A stretch of 64,000 nt of DNA from Takakia lepidozioides (Eukaryota > Plantae > Bryophyta). The notes below the pieces were generated by a model. That model made no database searches and was not told the origin of the DNA. It worked only from the letters and a program-made list of their open reading frames with translations. The DNA is taken from positions 58,528,001 through 58,592,000 of the forward strand of contig CM060731.1 of the NCBI GenBank assembly GCA_030704615.1. Direction: 5' to 3'. Shown one piece after another: positions 12,801-26,211 of the stretch. The translations under genes and the position numbers were made by a program. Every line of letters starts with the position of its first letter. Position 1 is the stretch's first letter.

Positions 12801-15800
12801 TCTTTCTCATACTGACAGAAAAATTAATCAGAGTGTGTAACTGGCTGACCCAAAGAAATATCAAACCTCCACTGGGTAGTGGAGGTTCCCAATTATCGTA
12901 TTCTAGTCTCGTTGGAAAGTATGTATCACACTTACAAAGTTACATATATGATTCCATTACTCGTTCTCACATCGTCTCACACTGATTTTCATTTTTCCCG
13001 GAATTATCCGATTTTGTCCTTACTTTAAAAAAATGCCTTTCAGCCCCATACATAATTCACGCGAACCTCCACTGGGTAGTGGAGGTTCCAATTTTATGTT
13101 CCTCATATGCATGACATGGGTCTACGAATAGTCTACTCAGGCCTGCACAAAACCTACTGTTAGCCTATGTCTAGTGTAGAATACAAGTAGACTAGGCTAT
13201 CGTGGTTTTTCATAATTGCCAAATTCGACAAAATTCGATAAGAAATGAAAATTTCCATTCAGAATCGAATTTGAATGGGAAGAAATGCATCAACTATTAA
13301 TTGACAAGAACAAACTAACGCTGGATTTGGAGATCAAGAAAATGGTTGAGAAATAAACATCCGGATATTTCCGAAACCACTGTCCTAAACAAAATCACCA
13401 CATTGAACAAAACAAGCAATACAACCAGCACGGTAATCTCCCACCACCCTAAACCATTACCCTAATTGACCAGAACAAGCACATACAAACCCTATTGCGC
13501 ACAAACCACTGTAGAGCAAAAAGAGGGCTCCTGCATATTCTTCTTGTTCAGTCATGCATTCAACATTGTGGTTAGTTGGATGACACAAGTGACACCGCAA
13601 CGGAATAGAAGATATCACCTACGCCATCTAGCATGCTATCCTAGAAACTGCAAGTATGTCTAGTTCTAGTGAGTTTCCTCTCTTATCCTATGTGTATCTC
13701 TCTACCCTACAAATTGAATTGAATGAGCATAAACAAGTGGCCAAGATCTATGCTACTTGCCATCATGATTCCAAGGGTTTTCCATCTGCATTGTAGATTA
13801 TGGAAATGAATCAAACACCTATAAGTTGCCGTGAGTATACTCTTGGTACGATTAACTATTTGTGCTCTAAGTGGCCATGATGCTTTCCCTCAAAACAATA
13901 ATTTGAAGATCTTGTCAGCAACCTGCTCTATTTCTGGCACAATCTGATGTGAACATGAGTAATTCTAAGTCCCTATCTCAAATTCAAACCCCTAATCCTT
14001 AAGCATCTGATCCGTTTATATGCCCCAAACATTGCATCTCAAGAGACAAGACCTTCGCCATATGCACCAAAGGATCACCATTTACTGCCCACTCAGTCTG
14101 GACTGTACCAACCCATCTCTCACACATTGCTCACAAGTCCAAGGTCCTGATTCATGCTTACTACTCGCTTATATTCTTCCCCGGTGCCCCTATCCACAGC
14201 GGATGGTGCACTGAGAGACTGCTAATTCCATGGCTAACCCATCGTTCTCGGCTTCTTTTATTTGGCAGATCACGGGTAATTATCCCCCTTTCGTCTATCC
14301 TGCACGCCAATAATACTCGTGCCCCCCTAGTTTTTCTGCAGCTACTTTTTTTCATCCATACGGATGCATAAGCACATCTTTCTATGCTAATTACCACCTT
14401 CATTCATCTGTCTGTCATCCAGCTATGCTTACTTATTCATCCACCCAGTGACGACCAACTGTCAAGTCCGTTCATCCACCCGTCATCCACGATCATCAAC
14501 TAGGTGTGCTCATTTTCCATCCATCAGCGCCCCTTTCATTCCTGCTTCATCTGTGAGGTGTATTGGCTTCCTCCCGACACTCCGACACTTAGCTTGAAAA
14601 TTGCAGCTCGCAAAACTCAATGTTGCCCTACACCACCACACAAAACCACCCTGCAAACCATCGGTGAATTGAAAAACAACAGTGAAGCAATGAAGCAAGA
14701 GTGCACTGAAGCAGATAATGGAGCAGGAGTGAAATGAATTGACAGAGAATGAAGCAGGAATGAAGCAAACAACGAAGCAGACAATGAAACAAAAACCTAA
14801 TGTGCACTGAAGCACAGACTGAAGCACTAAAGCAGAGATGAGAGTGCACTGAAGACAGTGCAGTGCAGCATAGAATGAAGCAAGACCAAACGAATTGAAT
14901 CGAGAGCAGGCCACATGAATCGAGAGCGGGCCAACACAAAACTGAAACAGAAGACGAAAAGAGAGACTTTTCAATGTTGTACCTGCTTGTGCCGGCCATT
15001 TTGGTGTCCCTGCAACCACAGTCTTTCGTTTGATACTCTCTTCCGCACCTCTGCCTGCCGGTAATTGCACTGTGCTCTCGCCTCTGCACTCGTCAATCTC
15101 CACTCGCCACTGTCATGTCTCTCCTCCCCGCTCTTCAAATTTTGCCTATTTCACTCTTTCACCTTTCACCCTCTTCTCTCTCTGCACTTGGCCAAATCTT
15201 CTTTCTCTCCAGTGTCTAGTCGCTGCAAAACGTGCTCGAAAACTCTTCTCTTTCACGCTCTCATTTCTCAACTGTCAAGCTCTCACTCGCGCAGTGCTTA
15301 CACGTAGAAAATGGGAAGCCCAAAGAGCGGGCTCAAAGAGCGCACCCCTTATAAGCGACCTTCAGGGATGATCTGAACCATTGCCTCCGTCCGAAATCGA
15401 ACGGTCGCGCGACCCAAATGGATGTTCTGCCCCATCCACGCAAACTAACATTAATACTGCCCATCCACACAGATGAAATTAGTTCAAAATTTGTTCCAAA
15501 TTGACAGACAAATGCACACACGTTTGGACAGACGACTGGACAGACGAATGAAAAACGGACAAAATGACTGTAATGATGCCATTGGTCAGACTCTGCAACC
15601 CTCACGCTTACAAAAATCTTAAAATAGATTCGAAGCCGCCAAACCTTAACCCACGCCCCAAACGCACATGTGACCACCCACGTGGCACGCCTAGGCAGTC
15701 GTTTCAAACGCAATCTGCCAGAGGACACATCGTTGTACCTACGGATTCGTCACACAGTATAATCATTGTCTCATTATGAGCCGTCCACAATCACTTTCGG

Positions 15801-18379
15801 CTGTTAGCCGCCGGGCGTCAATATTCCCTGACAACACCCGCAAGTGTCATGTGACATATGGCTTTAAGGATAATAGATGGCCCCTCGAGGGACTACCCAT
15901 TTATCGAGGGATACCCGACACAAGGGTCCATCCCTACATTAAACATGTGCAAGCAAGCAAGGCACGACAGAGCATTCCGCACACCTGTAATGCACCGCCC
16001 TCGCTGTCCAATGCAATGCGCCGGCATGTAATGCCCCGCCCTGCCCAAGTGTTTTATTCACTGTAACAGCACGATAAATATAAACAAAAAAATCTCAAAG
16101 TGCTTTATGGTTCACCTCCAGATTCCTCCCAGCTTATAGTGATCGATTGTTAACGTGCAATCCAGAATTAGTTGTGGCAATTAGCCGCATGACTTCATTT
16201 CTCCCGACCACTTGTCAGAATCGGCATCCTTCACGCTTATTCCAGAGTCTGCTGTCAGAGCCGCACAATAATGATGCCAGACATGTAGTCCTACTAACGT
16301 ACAAGTATGATAGAATTCAGTCTGATCGTGGCCGTTATCGTTTGTTCGATAATTAATGTGACAATGGCTGTTGTCAATAAATGGAAAATTGTGCACACTT
16401 TCAATGAAGCCGTGATTTCACGAGTTGAAATAAGCCGTTCGATTCCGTCTTAATCCACGGTGGCCACAATCGATCCGGGAGAGAAAGCATACCACACTTC
16501 AAGATGAAAGTTACTTGTCACCTCTATATAATGTCCGACTCCACATAGCACCAACTTCCCCCTACGAACCTCTCACTTGCTTCTTTTCTCTCGCGCACCT
16601 CTCTGGACATCCTGCACCTCTCTTGACAACGTGCACCTCTTTGCCTGTCCTACACCACTCTGCCCATAGGGTACTTCTAAAGCAGCCTCTGAGTCTCTCT
16701 CTGCTTCCTTAGTCTCGGGTGTCAACTGCACATTTCTCATGTAGGATAATATGATATATATATATATTTTTGTACTCTCCATGTGCACCAGCTAAACTTG
16801 CTTTTGTTTGTCTAAAGTTACTCCCAAACCTCCACTGGGCAGTCGCCACATTATTATTCATCCCTAGAATCAATTTCTCATCTATAGAGGGCCTCTTCAT
16901 TATCTATTGTTTATCCATGTGGTTGATTTCATCAACAGATATCATCCAACCTCCACTGTCCAGTGGAGGTTGGCATTTGTGACTTCTTCTGACAGTTCAG
17001 ATAGATGTAGTCACATTGTTCTATACTCCGCCCTTGTACTCCACTTCAATTCCAATTGTCTTTTATCAGTCTTGGGATAGATCCAAACATTGACTATACT
17101 TTTTCAAACCATATTGTTTTTCTCATTCAAAACCGTTGAAAAAGTTCTACTTCAACTCCTCCTTTCGGTGGCACGACGTTCTTTCCTTCAGTTAATCTTC
17201 CTTCCCGTAATCCGATTTTATTGAATCTCCACTGCCCAGTGGGGGTTACTAAATTCATGGGGTTCCAAGTAGGCCAAAAGGTGTTTCTGTCGCTTCCTGG
17301 ACCTCCGTCAGTGGTTGCATTAGGAGATTGCCTGAATGTCTTTGAGGAAGGAACTTGCCACAGTCACCACTTGTGTTCGTCTACCATCACCCCTTCCCGC
17401 ATTATTTGCTCATACGTATCCAAAGCCTCTATACCACGCCTCGTTGTGCATATCCTCTCCCTTCCTGCATCATTTGCTCAAGAATAAGCTCAAGGAAGGT
17501 GCATCAGTTGCTCAAGAATATGTCACAAAGCCTCAATCCCACGCCCCTGCATTGCATATCTTGCGATCATCCCGTTCCATGACACAAGTTCTCACTACTT
17601 CAGCTCAATACTACGAAAACATATGGTAGCACGGGAGACAAAAGGAGGCTAAGTCCCAGCCCTATGTGTTCACGGCTGAACGTGGGCAACCCTAAAGCAA
17701 CTTCTTAAAAAATTTAACCTTTTGCACTTTGTGTCATTCCATTGACGCAAGTGCTTAGATGGATTAGGTCATCCAATAGATGAACCCATTCGTGTACATG
17801 CCTTAAGATGCCACGTGTAGTGATGTAGTCATATAAACATAGTTGTGAAACCTCGTGTAGTCATGTAGTCATAAGCTTCTATGGCATGTTATCAATGCGT
17901 AGTAATGATGTAGTCATTTAGTCATAAGCTTATATGGCACGTGTTTGACGTGTAGTAGTGCGTCTGACTACTAGTTATATAAACCAAGCCTATGTGTTTG
18001 GTCAACAATGTTTGATCTCAGCTCCTAGTCATGTAGTAATATGTATGACTTCATTAGATTAAAATATATTAAAATGCGCCCAACAATGGGTTTCATCACT
18101 ATGTAGTCACATATATAGTCATGATTACCAAGGTTTATATCACCCGTAGTCATAAAAACGACAATCTGTACTCAGTGCTTGCACTTGACTCAAGCCAAGT
18201 CTCCAACTGTGGTATTCCACTAAGAGGACCCTTACCCTATCATTATTGCCATACTTTTCAATTTGTCACTCCTTAACTTATACCTCTCATGTTCTCTTCC
18301 TTTTCCTGGACCTCTAAGCAAGTCTATGTCTAGCGACAAATGGTCTTCCATGTTTGTTTGTCCATTTCTAACTTAAACC

Positions 18380-19700
18380 AAAACCCCTACCTTAGTAAAC
18401 CTTATCCTAGTAAAATCCTTTACCCTAAACCCTTTAGTAACCCTAAAAGACCCTTAAGCATTTATCCCTAGACCCTTACCATTCCTTTTGCAAATTGGAT
18501 TGTACTATCCATACTATAACCAATAATGGTTATGGACCTTATGGTAATCCAAATCTCTTCTCCATTCTTTTTGCGCTACTTTTCTCGTTTGTTTTGGATT
18601 CACATGCACTTAATACCAAGTTTATATACTATTGTGTTTTCTATGTATCTTAAGACCAAGTTCCAACGACGAGTCATTAATTTAAATACTTGCACAATTG
18701 TCCGTCTCAATGACTCTTCCATAATATATATATATATATATATTTTCATTTTTTTACCATAATTATACACACCAAGATCTAGTGAGTGCGAGTCTTCCAT
18801 ATTTGTTTGTCCATTTATACCTTTACCATCACCCCTAAACCCTTACCCTTCACTTTACGCTTCCCTTAACCCTTCCATAGGCTTAAGCCGGACCCTTAGT
18901 ACCCTAAACCATTACTCTTACCATATACCAAAAACCTTTGTGTACTACTATAAATCCAAACCCTAAACCCTTACCCTGGCCTTAATCCTTACCCTAAGCT
19001 TAGCCTGACACTTACTACCCTAAACCATTACTCTTACCATATACCAAAAACCAGGTTAGTGTACTATCCTACTTACACTCCAAATCAAGTTATTGTACTA
19101 CCATGTGTAAGTCTACATATTTGTTTGTCCCTTTCTACCCTAAACCCCTACCTTTCCCTTTACCCTTGCCTTAATCCTTACCCTAAGCTTAAGCCTAACA
19201 CTTACTACCCTAAACCATTAGTACTCTTATCATATACCAAAAAACCAGGTTAGTGTACTACCCTACTTACACTCCAAACCAAGTTATTGTACTACCATGT
19301 GTCAGTCTTCCATATTTGTTTGTCCCTTTCTACCCTAAATCCAAACCCTAAACCCTTACCCTTCCCTTTATCCTTCCCTTAATCCTTACCATAAGCTTAA
19401 GCGTGATCCTTAGCACTCTAAACCATTACTCTTACCATATACCAAAAACCTTAGTGTAGTACCCTACTTAAACTCCAAACCTTATTGTACTACCATGTTA
19501 CCTCTTGTTAAATTTGTATCATTCTCTTTTAATGTTTTCTTTAATTTTGTTGCATAACGTATGATAAAATGATTACATAAATATCAAATTCCCCTTACAT
19601 TTTTTACATTCTACGGAGGTGAGTCTTCCATATTTGTTTCTCTCTTTCTACCCTAAACCCTTTAAAACCCTAAATCCTTCTCCGAATCACCACAAATTTG
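18380..19700. repeat. Telomere-like CCCTAAA-rich degenerate tandem duplications
   Basis: Repeated ACCCTAAACCC / CCCTTACC motifs in duplicated ~120-200-bp blocks. Confidence 0.7.
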
Positions 19701-20199
19701 GATCTTATTGCACTTATAGTTACACCCCAAACCTTATTTTACTACCCTAGTAGGTCATCTTCCTAATGTTTCAAACTATTTTAATATTTTACTGCCCTTC
19801 TCCCACCCAAAACATCCAATGGCATTGCCTCTGAATATTGTGCTTGTCAACATGAAGATTCAATCAAAATTACTATCAAGTTATATCGAGTATGGTAGAG
19901 TATGAGTCTACCCCATGTTCGATTCGACACAGTTGTTTATCGTGATTACATAATGTAATATTACATCATTTGACTTCCCAGTGGACGTTCAATGAATTGT
20001 TCAGTACTGCAACTTCACAAGCACTTCAATGTCAAATGGACATCTTATATGTCACATTTTGAAGCAAGTATGACATCATTTGTAATTTCACAAAGTTCAA
20101 TCACACATTACACCATGATATTATTAATATTTGAATCAATTTTAATTCAAATATGTATTAAGTTTGGTCCGGATTTAAGCCAAAAGTCCAGAATTAGTT

Positions 20200-20719
20200 A
20201 AAATGGGGTTGATTGGGAAATTCACCAAATGGACGTGAAGACAGCCTTCCTCTACGGTGATTTGCATGAAGAAATCTTTATGTGTCAACCTAAAGGATTT
20301 GAGGACGGTGAGAAAGTATGGCCGTTGAAGAAGTCATTATACGGCTTAAAGCAAGCCTCCCGAAGTTGGTATGAAAAAATCGATGCATACTTGATTTCCA
20401 AAATGTTCATAAGAGGAGAGGCAGACCACATCGTCTACTTCAAAACGGGGAGAGACATGTTCATCATCTTGTTCGTGGATGATTTGATATTGGGCAAAAG
20501 CTTAGACAAGATGAACGTGGTGAATGAGGAATTGAGTCGGGCTTTTGAGATGGTCGATTTGGGTGTAGTGAGTTTCATACTAGGAATTCAGATTTTCAGA
20601 AATCGAGAGAAGAAGGAGATTCGGCTAAGCCAAACTCGCTACATCAAGAAGATCCTTGCTAGATTGAACATGGAGGAATCCAAAGCGGTCGCTACACCAA
20701 TGGAGGTTGGAAGCAGATT
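20200..20719 (+). mobile_element. Ty1/copia reverse transcriptase, 5' part (interrupted by the SDR element)
   Basis: WEIHQMDVKTAFLYGDL...LKKSLYGLKQASRSWY...LFVDDL...ATPMEVGSR. Confidence 0.95.
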
Positions 20720-21046
20720 TGTCAAGTTATTTTACCACTAGTGTGAAACTAGCTAGGAAATAGCTAGCTTTTACATATTGACATTTGGGATTGGCCCAAG
20801 TGTCAATCCAGGGGTCAAGGCAGATTTAGGCCCTGGAGTGGTTATCTTCACGGCAAGCGCGGAAGGCTCATCTTTCTCGAGTTGAGCCTCACCGCGCCTA
20901 GCTATGGCGCCGTAGTGTGGATTCCCCATGGCGTGGGGTGCACTTGGCTTGACTTGTATTTGAGTGATGAGGTTATATATGCATGAGTTTATGCTTCAGC
21001 TTTGTGAGCTCGCATGAGCTTGTGCTTGTATTCTTCTTTTTTATCA
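20720..21046 (+). repeat. Terminal repeat A1 (327 bp)
   Basis: Matches 36383-36709 with about 3 differences by eye. Confidence 0.95.
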
Positions 21047-21062
21047 CTCGAGAAAGATGAGC
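21046..21062 (+). promoter_or_regulatory. Putative self-priming primer-binding site
   Basis: ACTCGAGAAAGATGAGC is the exact reverse complement of 20866-20882 inside A1. There is no TGG tRNA-type PBS. Confidence 0.8.
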
Positions 21063-22469
21063 TCGTATCTGTGAGTGCCAAATACGAGTTAGTTGTAGCA
21101 CTTGTGGTTTTTGCTTGAGAATGAGAGAAACCAAGTTGTTATGCAAGGAGCACCGTGGAGCTCTTGGTTGTTAGAAGCGGAGGCGATGTGGGTTACGAGG
21201 TGGTAGACCTTGGCATTCGATCTTCAGCTTCAGAGATGAAAGCACCATGCTGCAGGTAATTCCAGAGCACCTTGATGGTTTCAGATTGTGTACATGCATG
21301 AGCAAGCACGATTGGGAAGAGGACCAGTCAAGAACAGATTATAGTGGCTTTGGTGGCAAAACTGAGAACTGGACTTGGGAATGCGAGCTTTCATTGTGTG
21401 AAGGATTGCAAGACCAAGCGAAAGGGCTGATTTGGTTTGGGGCAAATCAGTGCACTTTGTGGAGTATGGTGAGATTGGGTTTCAATCTCGAGCTTCAGCA
21501 TTGAGAGGGCTCTTGTCATGGCAAGAGCAGGGCAGGAACAGGAGCTAAGAGGTGCGGTAAGGCCATGGAATGTGCACCTAGGGTTTCAGAGCTTGGAAGA
21601 AGAGCTCTTGCACCACAAGAGAAGTGTCTTGTGGCTGGAAATGTAAGCCTTAGGGTTTCAGGAGCTTGGCAAAGGCTGTGGAGTGCTTAGTCTTGTCTTA
21701 GAGAGCATCAAGGAGCCAAGGAGCCAAGATAGGGGGCTGATATCTCTTGTGTGAAGAGGTTGCATGTGTGGAGCATGTATTCAGCTCATTGAAGCTTCCA
21801 TCTTCAAGCTAGGAGGGCAAGCAAGGAAGTGGGAAAGGCTGACTTCCCTTATGCGAGGGCAATGCATGTGTGGAGCATGCTATCAGCCTGATGAAGGCTT
21901 GCACTTTCAGGTTTGTGGGTGCAAGAAATGAAGCAAAGGAGCTGATTCTCTTATGGTGAGAGTGGGGCATGTGTGGAGCATGCCTTCAGCCCATTGAGGC
22001 TCTTGTTTTCAAGCTTTAGAGAGCTAGAACAGAAGGTCTAGGGCTGGTTTCCACTTGGAGTGAAAGAAAAGCACTTGTAGGGCCTATGTGAGTTGGGGTT
22101 TCAACTTCAAGCTTGAAGGGAGCGCAACTCTTGAAGCAGCAGGTGTAGGGGGCCGAAATAGGCTCTAAGACAGATGTTATGGCCAAGGAGAGTGCTTGAA
22201 TGAGTGCTCACAAGGGCTGGGAACCAGCAGGGCTTGGTTGTTTGCCATTGAGTTTAGTGGCGTGTTTGGGGAGGCTAAGTGAGAAAGAAGGCTTGGTTTG
22301 TGGCAACCACCTCATGGCTTAGGGCTACTATGGTGGTGTGTGGGAGCCGAAAGAGCAAGAATACCTTGTTGATTTCCTCACAGCCGCCATAGCTCGGTGG
22401 AAAGAAGCCTAGAGTCCAAGAGACACAAACCCTAGCTTGGCGTGGCTAAACTGCTAGAGCGGCCATGGA

Positions 22470-24480
22470 TGGGGCTGTGACGGGCTGTGACGGGCTGTGT
22501 CAGGCCGTGCCTGAGGCCTGTGGGGCTGTGAGGGGCTGTGAGGGGCTGTGACAAGCTGTGCCAGTAGCATGTGGGGCTGTGACGGGCTGTGGCGGGCTGT
22601 GCCCTGTGGCCTGTGGGGCTGTGACGGGCTGTGCGGGGCTGTGACAAGCTGTGCCCAGTGGCCTGTGGGGCTGTGACGGACTGTGCGGGGCTGTGACAGG
22701 CTGTGCCCAGTGGCCTGTGGGGCTGTGAGGGGCTGTGAGGGGCTGTGACAGGCCGTGCCTAAGGCCTTTGGGGCTGTGATGGGCTGTGAGGGGCTGTGAC
22801 AGGCCGTGCCTGAGGCCTTTGAGGCTGTGACGGGCTGTGACGGGCTGTGACAGGCCGTGCCTGAGGCCTTTGGGGCTGTGACGGGCTGTGAGGGGCTGTG
22901 ACAGGCCGTGCCTGAGGCCTTTGGGGCTGTGATGGGCTATGAGGGGCTGTGTCAGGCCGTGCCTGAGGCCTGTGGGGCTGTGACGGGCTGTGAGGGGCTG
23001 TGACAGGCTGTGCCCGTGGCCTTTGGGGCTGTGAGGGCTGTGACAGGCTGTGCCCAGTGGCCTGTGGGGCTGTGACGGGCTGTGCGGGGCTGTGACAGGC
23101 TATGCCCAGTGGCCTGTGGGGCTGTGACGGGCTGTGCGGGGCTGTGACAGGCTGTGCCCAGTGGCCTGTGGGGCTGTGACGGGCTGCGAGGGGCTGTGAC
23201 AGGCCGTGCCCATGGCCTTTGGGGCTGTGACGGGCTGTGAGGGGCTGTGACAGGCCGTGCCTGAGGCCTTTGGGGCTGTGACGGGCTGTGACGGGCTGTG
23301 ACAGGCCGTGCTTGAGGCCTTTGGGGCTGTGTCGGGCTGCGCCGGTGGCCTTCGGGGTCGTGACGGGTTGTGAGGGCCTGTGACGGGCTACGCCGGTGGC
23401 CTTGGGGGCTGTGAGGGGCTGTGACAGGCCGTGCCTGAGGCCTTTGGGGCTGTGACGGGTTGTGAGGGGCTGTGACAGGCCGTGCCTGAGGCCTTTGGGG
23501 CTGTGACGGGCTGTGAGGGGCTGTGTCAGGCCGTGCCTGAGGCCTTTGGGGCTGTGACGGGCTGTGACGGGCTGTGACAGGCCGTGCTTGAGGCCTTTGG
23601 GGCTGTGTCGGGCTGCGCCGGTGGCCTTCGGGGTCGTGATGGTTGTGAGGGCCTGTGACGGGCTACGCCGGTGGCCTTGGGGGCTGTGAGGGGCTGTGAC
23701 AGGCCGTGCCTGAGGCCTTTGGGGCTGTGACGGGTTGTGAGGGGCTGTGACAGGCCGTGCCTGAGGCCTTTGGGGCTGTGACGGGCTGTGAGGGGCTGTG
23801 TCAGGCCGTGCCTGAGGCCTTTGGGGCTGTGACGGGCTGTGAGGGGCTGTGTCAGGCCGTGCCTGAGGCCTTTGGGGCTGTGACGGGCTGTGACGGGCTG
23901 TGACAGGCCGTGCTTGAGGCCTTTGGGCTGTGTCGGGCTGCGCCGGTGGCCTTCGGGGTCGTGACGGGTTGTGAGGGCCTGTGACGGGCTACGCCGGTGG
24001 CCTTGGGGGCTGTGAGGGCTGTGACAGGCCGTGCCTGAGGCCTTTGGGGCTGTGACGGGTTGTGAGGGCTGTGACAGGCCGTGCCTGAGGCCTTTGGGGC
24101 TGTGACGGGCTGTGAGGGGCTGTGTCAGGCCGTGCCTGAGGCCTGTGGGGCTGTGACGGGCTGTGAGGGGCTGTGACAGGCTGTGCCCGTGGCCTTTGGG
24201 GCTGTGAGGGGCTGTGACAGGCTGTGCCCGTGGCCTTTGGGGCTGTGAGGGGTTGTGACAGGCTGTGCCCATGGCCTTTGGGGCTGTGACGGGCTGTGAG
24301 GGGCTGTGTCAAGCCGTGCCTGAGGCCTTTGGGGCTGTGAGGGGCTGTGACAGGCTGTGCCCAGTGGCCTATGGGGCTGTGACGGGCTGTGACAGGCTGT
24401 GGCGAGCTGTGACGGGCTTTGAGGGGCTGTGACAGGCTGTGCCCAGTGGCCTGTGGGACTGTGACGGCTGTGACCAGTGA
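22470..24480 (+). repeat. G-rich minisatellite (GGGCTGTGAC/G decamer; ~40-50-bp higher-order units)
   Basis: About 2 kb of tandem units in the 5' leader of the SDR element. Confidence 0.97.
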
Positions 24481-25196
24481 GCTGGTCTGTGGTGGCCCGT
24501 GTTGACCTGTGGACGGCCTGTGCTGACTCGTGGAGGCACTGGTGGACTGCCTAAGGACTAGCATGTGGTCTGGAAGGCCGAATTTCGAAGCTCGTGGAGG
24601 GCGGTTTGAGGAGTATCTTCATGATATTCCCATGGTCATGCAAGTGAGGGAAGAGAGGAGAGGAAGAGGGTTGGGATGAGGGCATGCTGGGGTTAGGCAT
24701 TGCTTTAGCTTCTCTTCCTTGTAGTTTCCACCCTCTCATTAGGCCAAGACCTTTCCGTAGGTGGAGGCAAGAGTCAGTCCGGGTTTGGGCTGGGGTGTCC
24801 TTGCAGGAGCAACACCGTGGAGTTGTTTTTGGTGTGGGGGAGTTATCGTTCTGATTTCTTGTGTTTGGATCCCCTCCATACCTGCATGCTTGACTGTGCG
24901 CCATGCTAGTTTTGTGTGGGCGCTTGTTTTTATAGGTGATTGGTCCGGATTTGATCACCGGCCAGTCCTAGAGCATGCTGTCGATGGTGAGGCTGGGGTG
25001 ATGACCAGCTAGACCATCATTGTTTCTCCTGTGGTGAGGTTGGAGGTGATGACCAGCCAACCATAGGAGTGCTTGCGGTGGATGCAGGTAAAGGTGTAGG
25101 CTATGTTAGGAACTTTGTATTCCAAACCATAAGCCGCAACAGGTTCTCTACCCGGTTACCTTGTGGAGAGGGGGTTAGGGACATGTTCATGACCGG

Positions 25197-26211
25197 TTGA
25201 GTGTCAATACGGAGGTGCCACTAGTTGCTGGGGACAGTGCCGGTTCGAGCACTAGCGATACTAGTGGGTACACAAGACGAGGTGTGCGGTTTAGGCCACC
25301 TTCACCTCCTGTGTCTTCCACGGAAGGTTCTGATTCGGATTGTGAATCAGGAGGACTCATACCGGCGGTGCAAGTTGTTTATTTGCCATTGTTGTGGGAC
25401 ACAATGGAGGAGATGTATGGAGCTACCAAGGGGCCACGAAGGTACTCTGGGGCGGTGGGCACCATCGAGTTGGATGATTTTATCCAAGAGTTTGATAGTT
25501 GGTGTGATTTGCAGCAAATGCGCAATCCACAACTATTTACGCTGTTCATGGCATGGAAAGGGCTGTTTCAGCACCTTGAGGGGCCGCCTATGGATGATTA
25601 CCATGAGTTCAGGCAGGGGCATGAGGATGAGATCGAGGAGTGGAGGATGTACTGGTCACCCGACTATGTCTCCATCACTAGGGCACTAGAGCCACGAGGG
25701 CAGTGGCTACACCTGCCGCTGCACCGGCAACTTCAGCAAGTAGCAGAGGGACTAGTGGGACTGGTGGTACAGTAGCTACGACGTCCACCCAAGCCACTAC
25801 CGCACCAGCACTAGTACCCGTGCCTGCCTTCAACCATGTTGTGGAGTTCTTCGAAGAGTTGAGAGGGAACTACCAAGGGGTGAGGACAGAGAAGTTGCGG
25901 AGCTTGCAAGAGTTCCAACGGAAGCCGACCGAGAGCTTGAGGGAGGCTTTCACTCGCATGAGGCGCTTGATAAATGTAACCCAAGGGGTTACGGAAGCTC
26001 AGGCAGTCCAATTCTGGTATGGGATATTGGACAAGGAGCTGAGGAGAAGGGTGCGGGATGCAACTCTCCTACAAGCGGCCCAACCCACCTTAGCAAATGT
26101 GTTTTTGCTGGCAGAGCGGATAGAACTCAACATGGTGGAGGAACGAGTGGTCATGGTGGGATTTGCTAAGGAGACACCATGGGGTAGTGGTGCTCCTAGC
26201 CAACCACTACC
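25197..26211 (+). pseudogene. gag, 5' part, of the SDR element (frameshifted)
   Basis: ELDDFIQEFDSWC...LRSLQEFQRKPTESLREAFTRMRRL is a retrotransposon capsid-like motif. Confidence 0.75.

Noticed and set aside
14510-15103. 197-aa and 153-aa ORFs
   Set aside because: They arise from degenerate TGAAGCA/TGCACTGAAG repeats and have no protein-family features.
23526-24564. Long repetitive ORFs on the - strand
   Set aside because: They are by-products of the minisatellite lacking stops on that strand, with no independent coding evidence.
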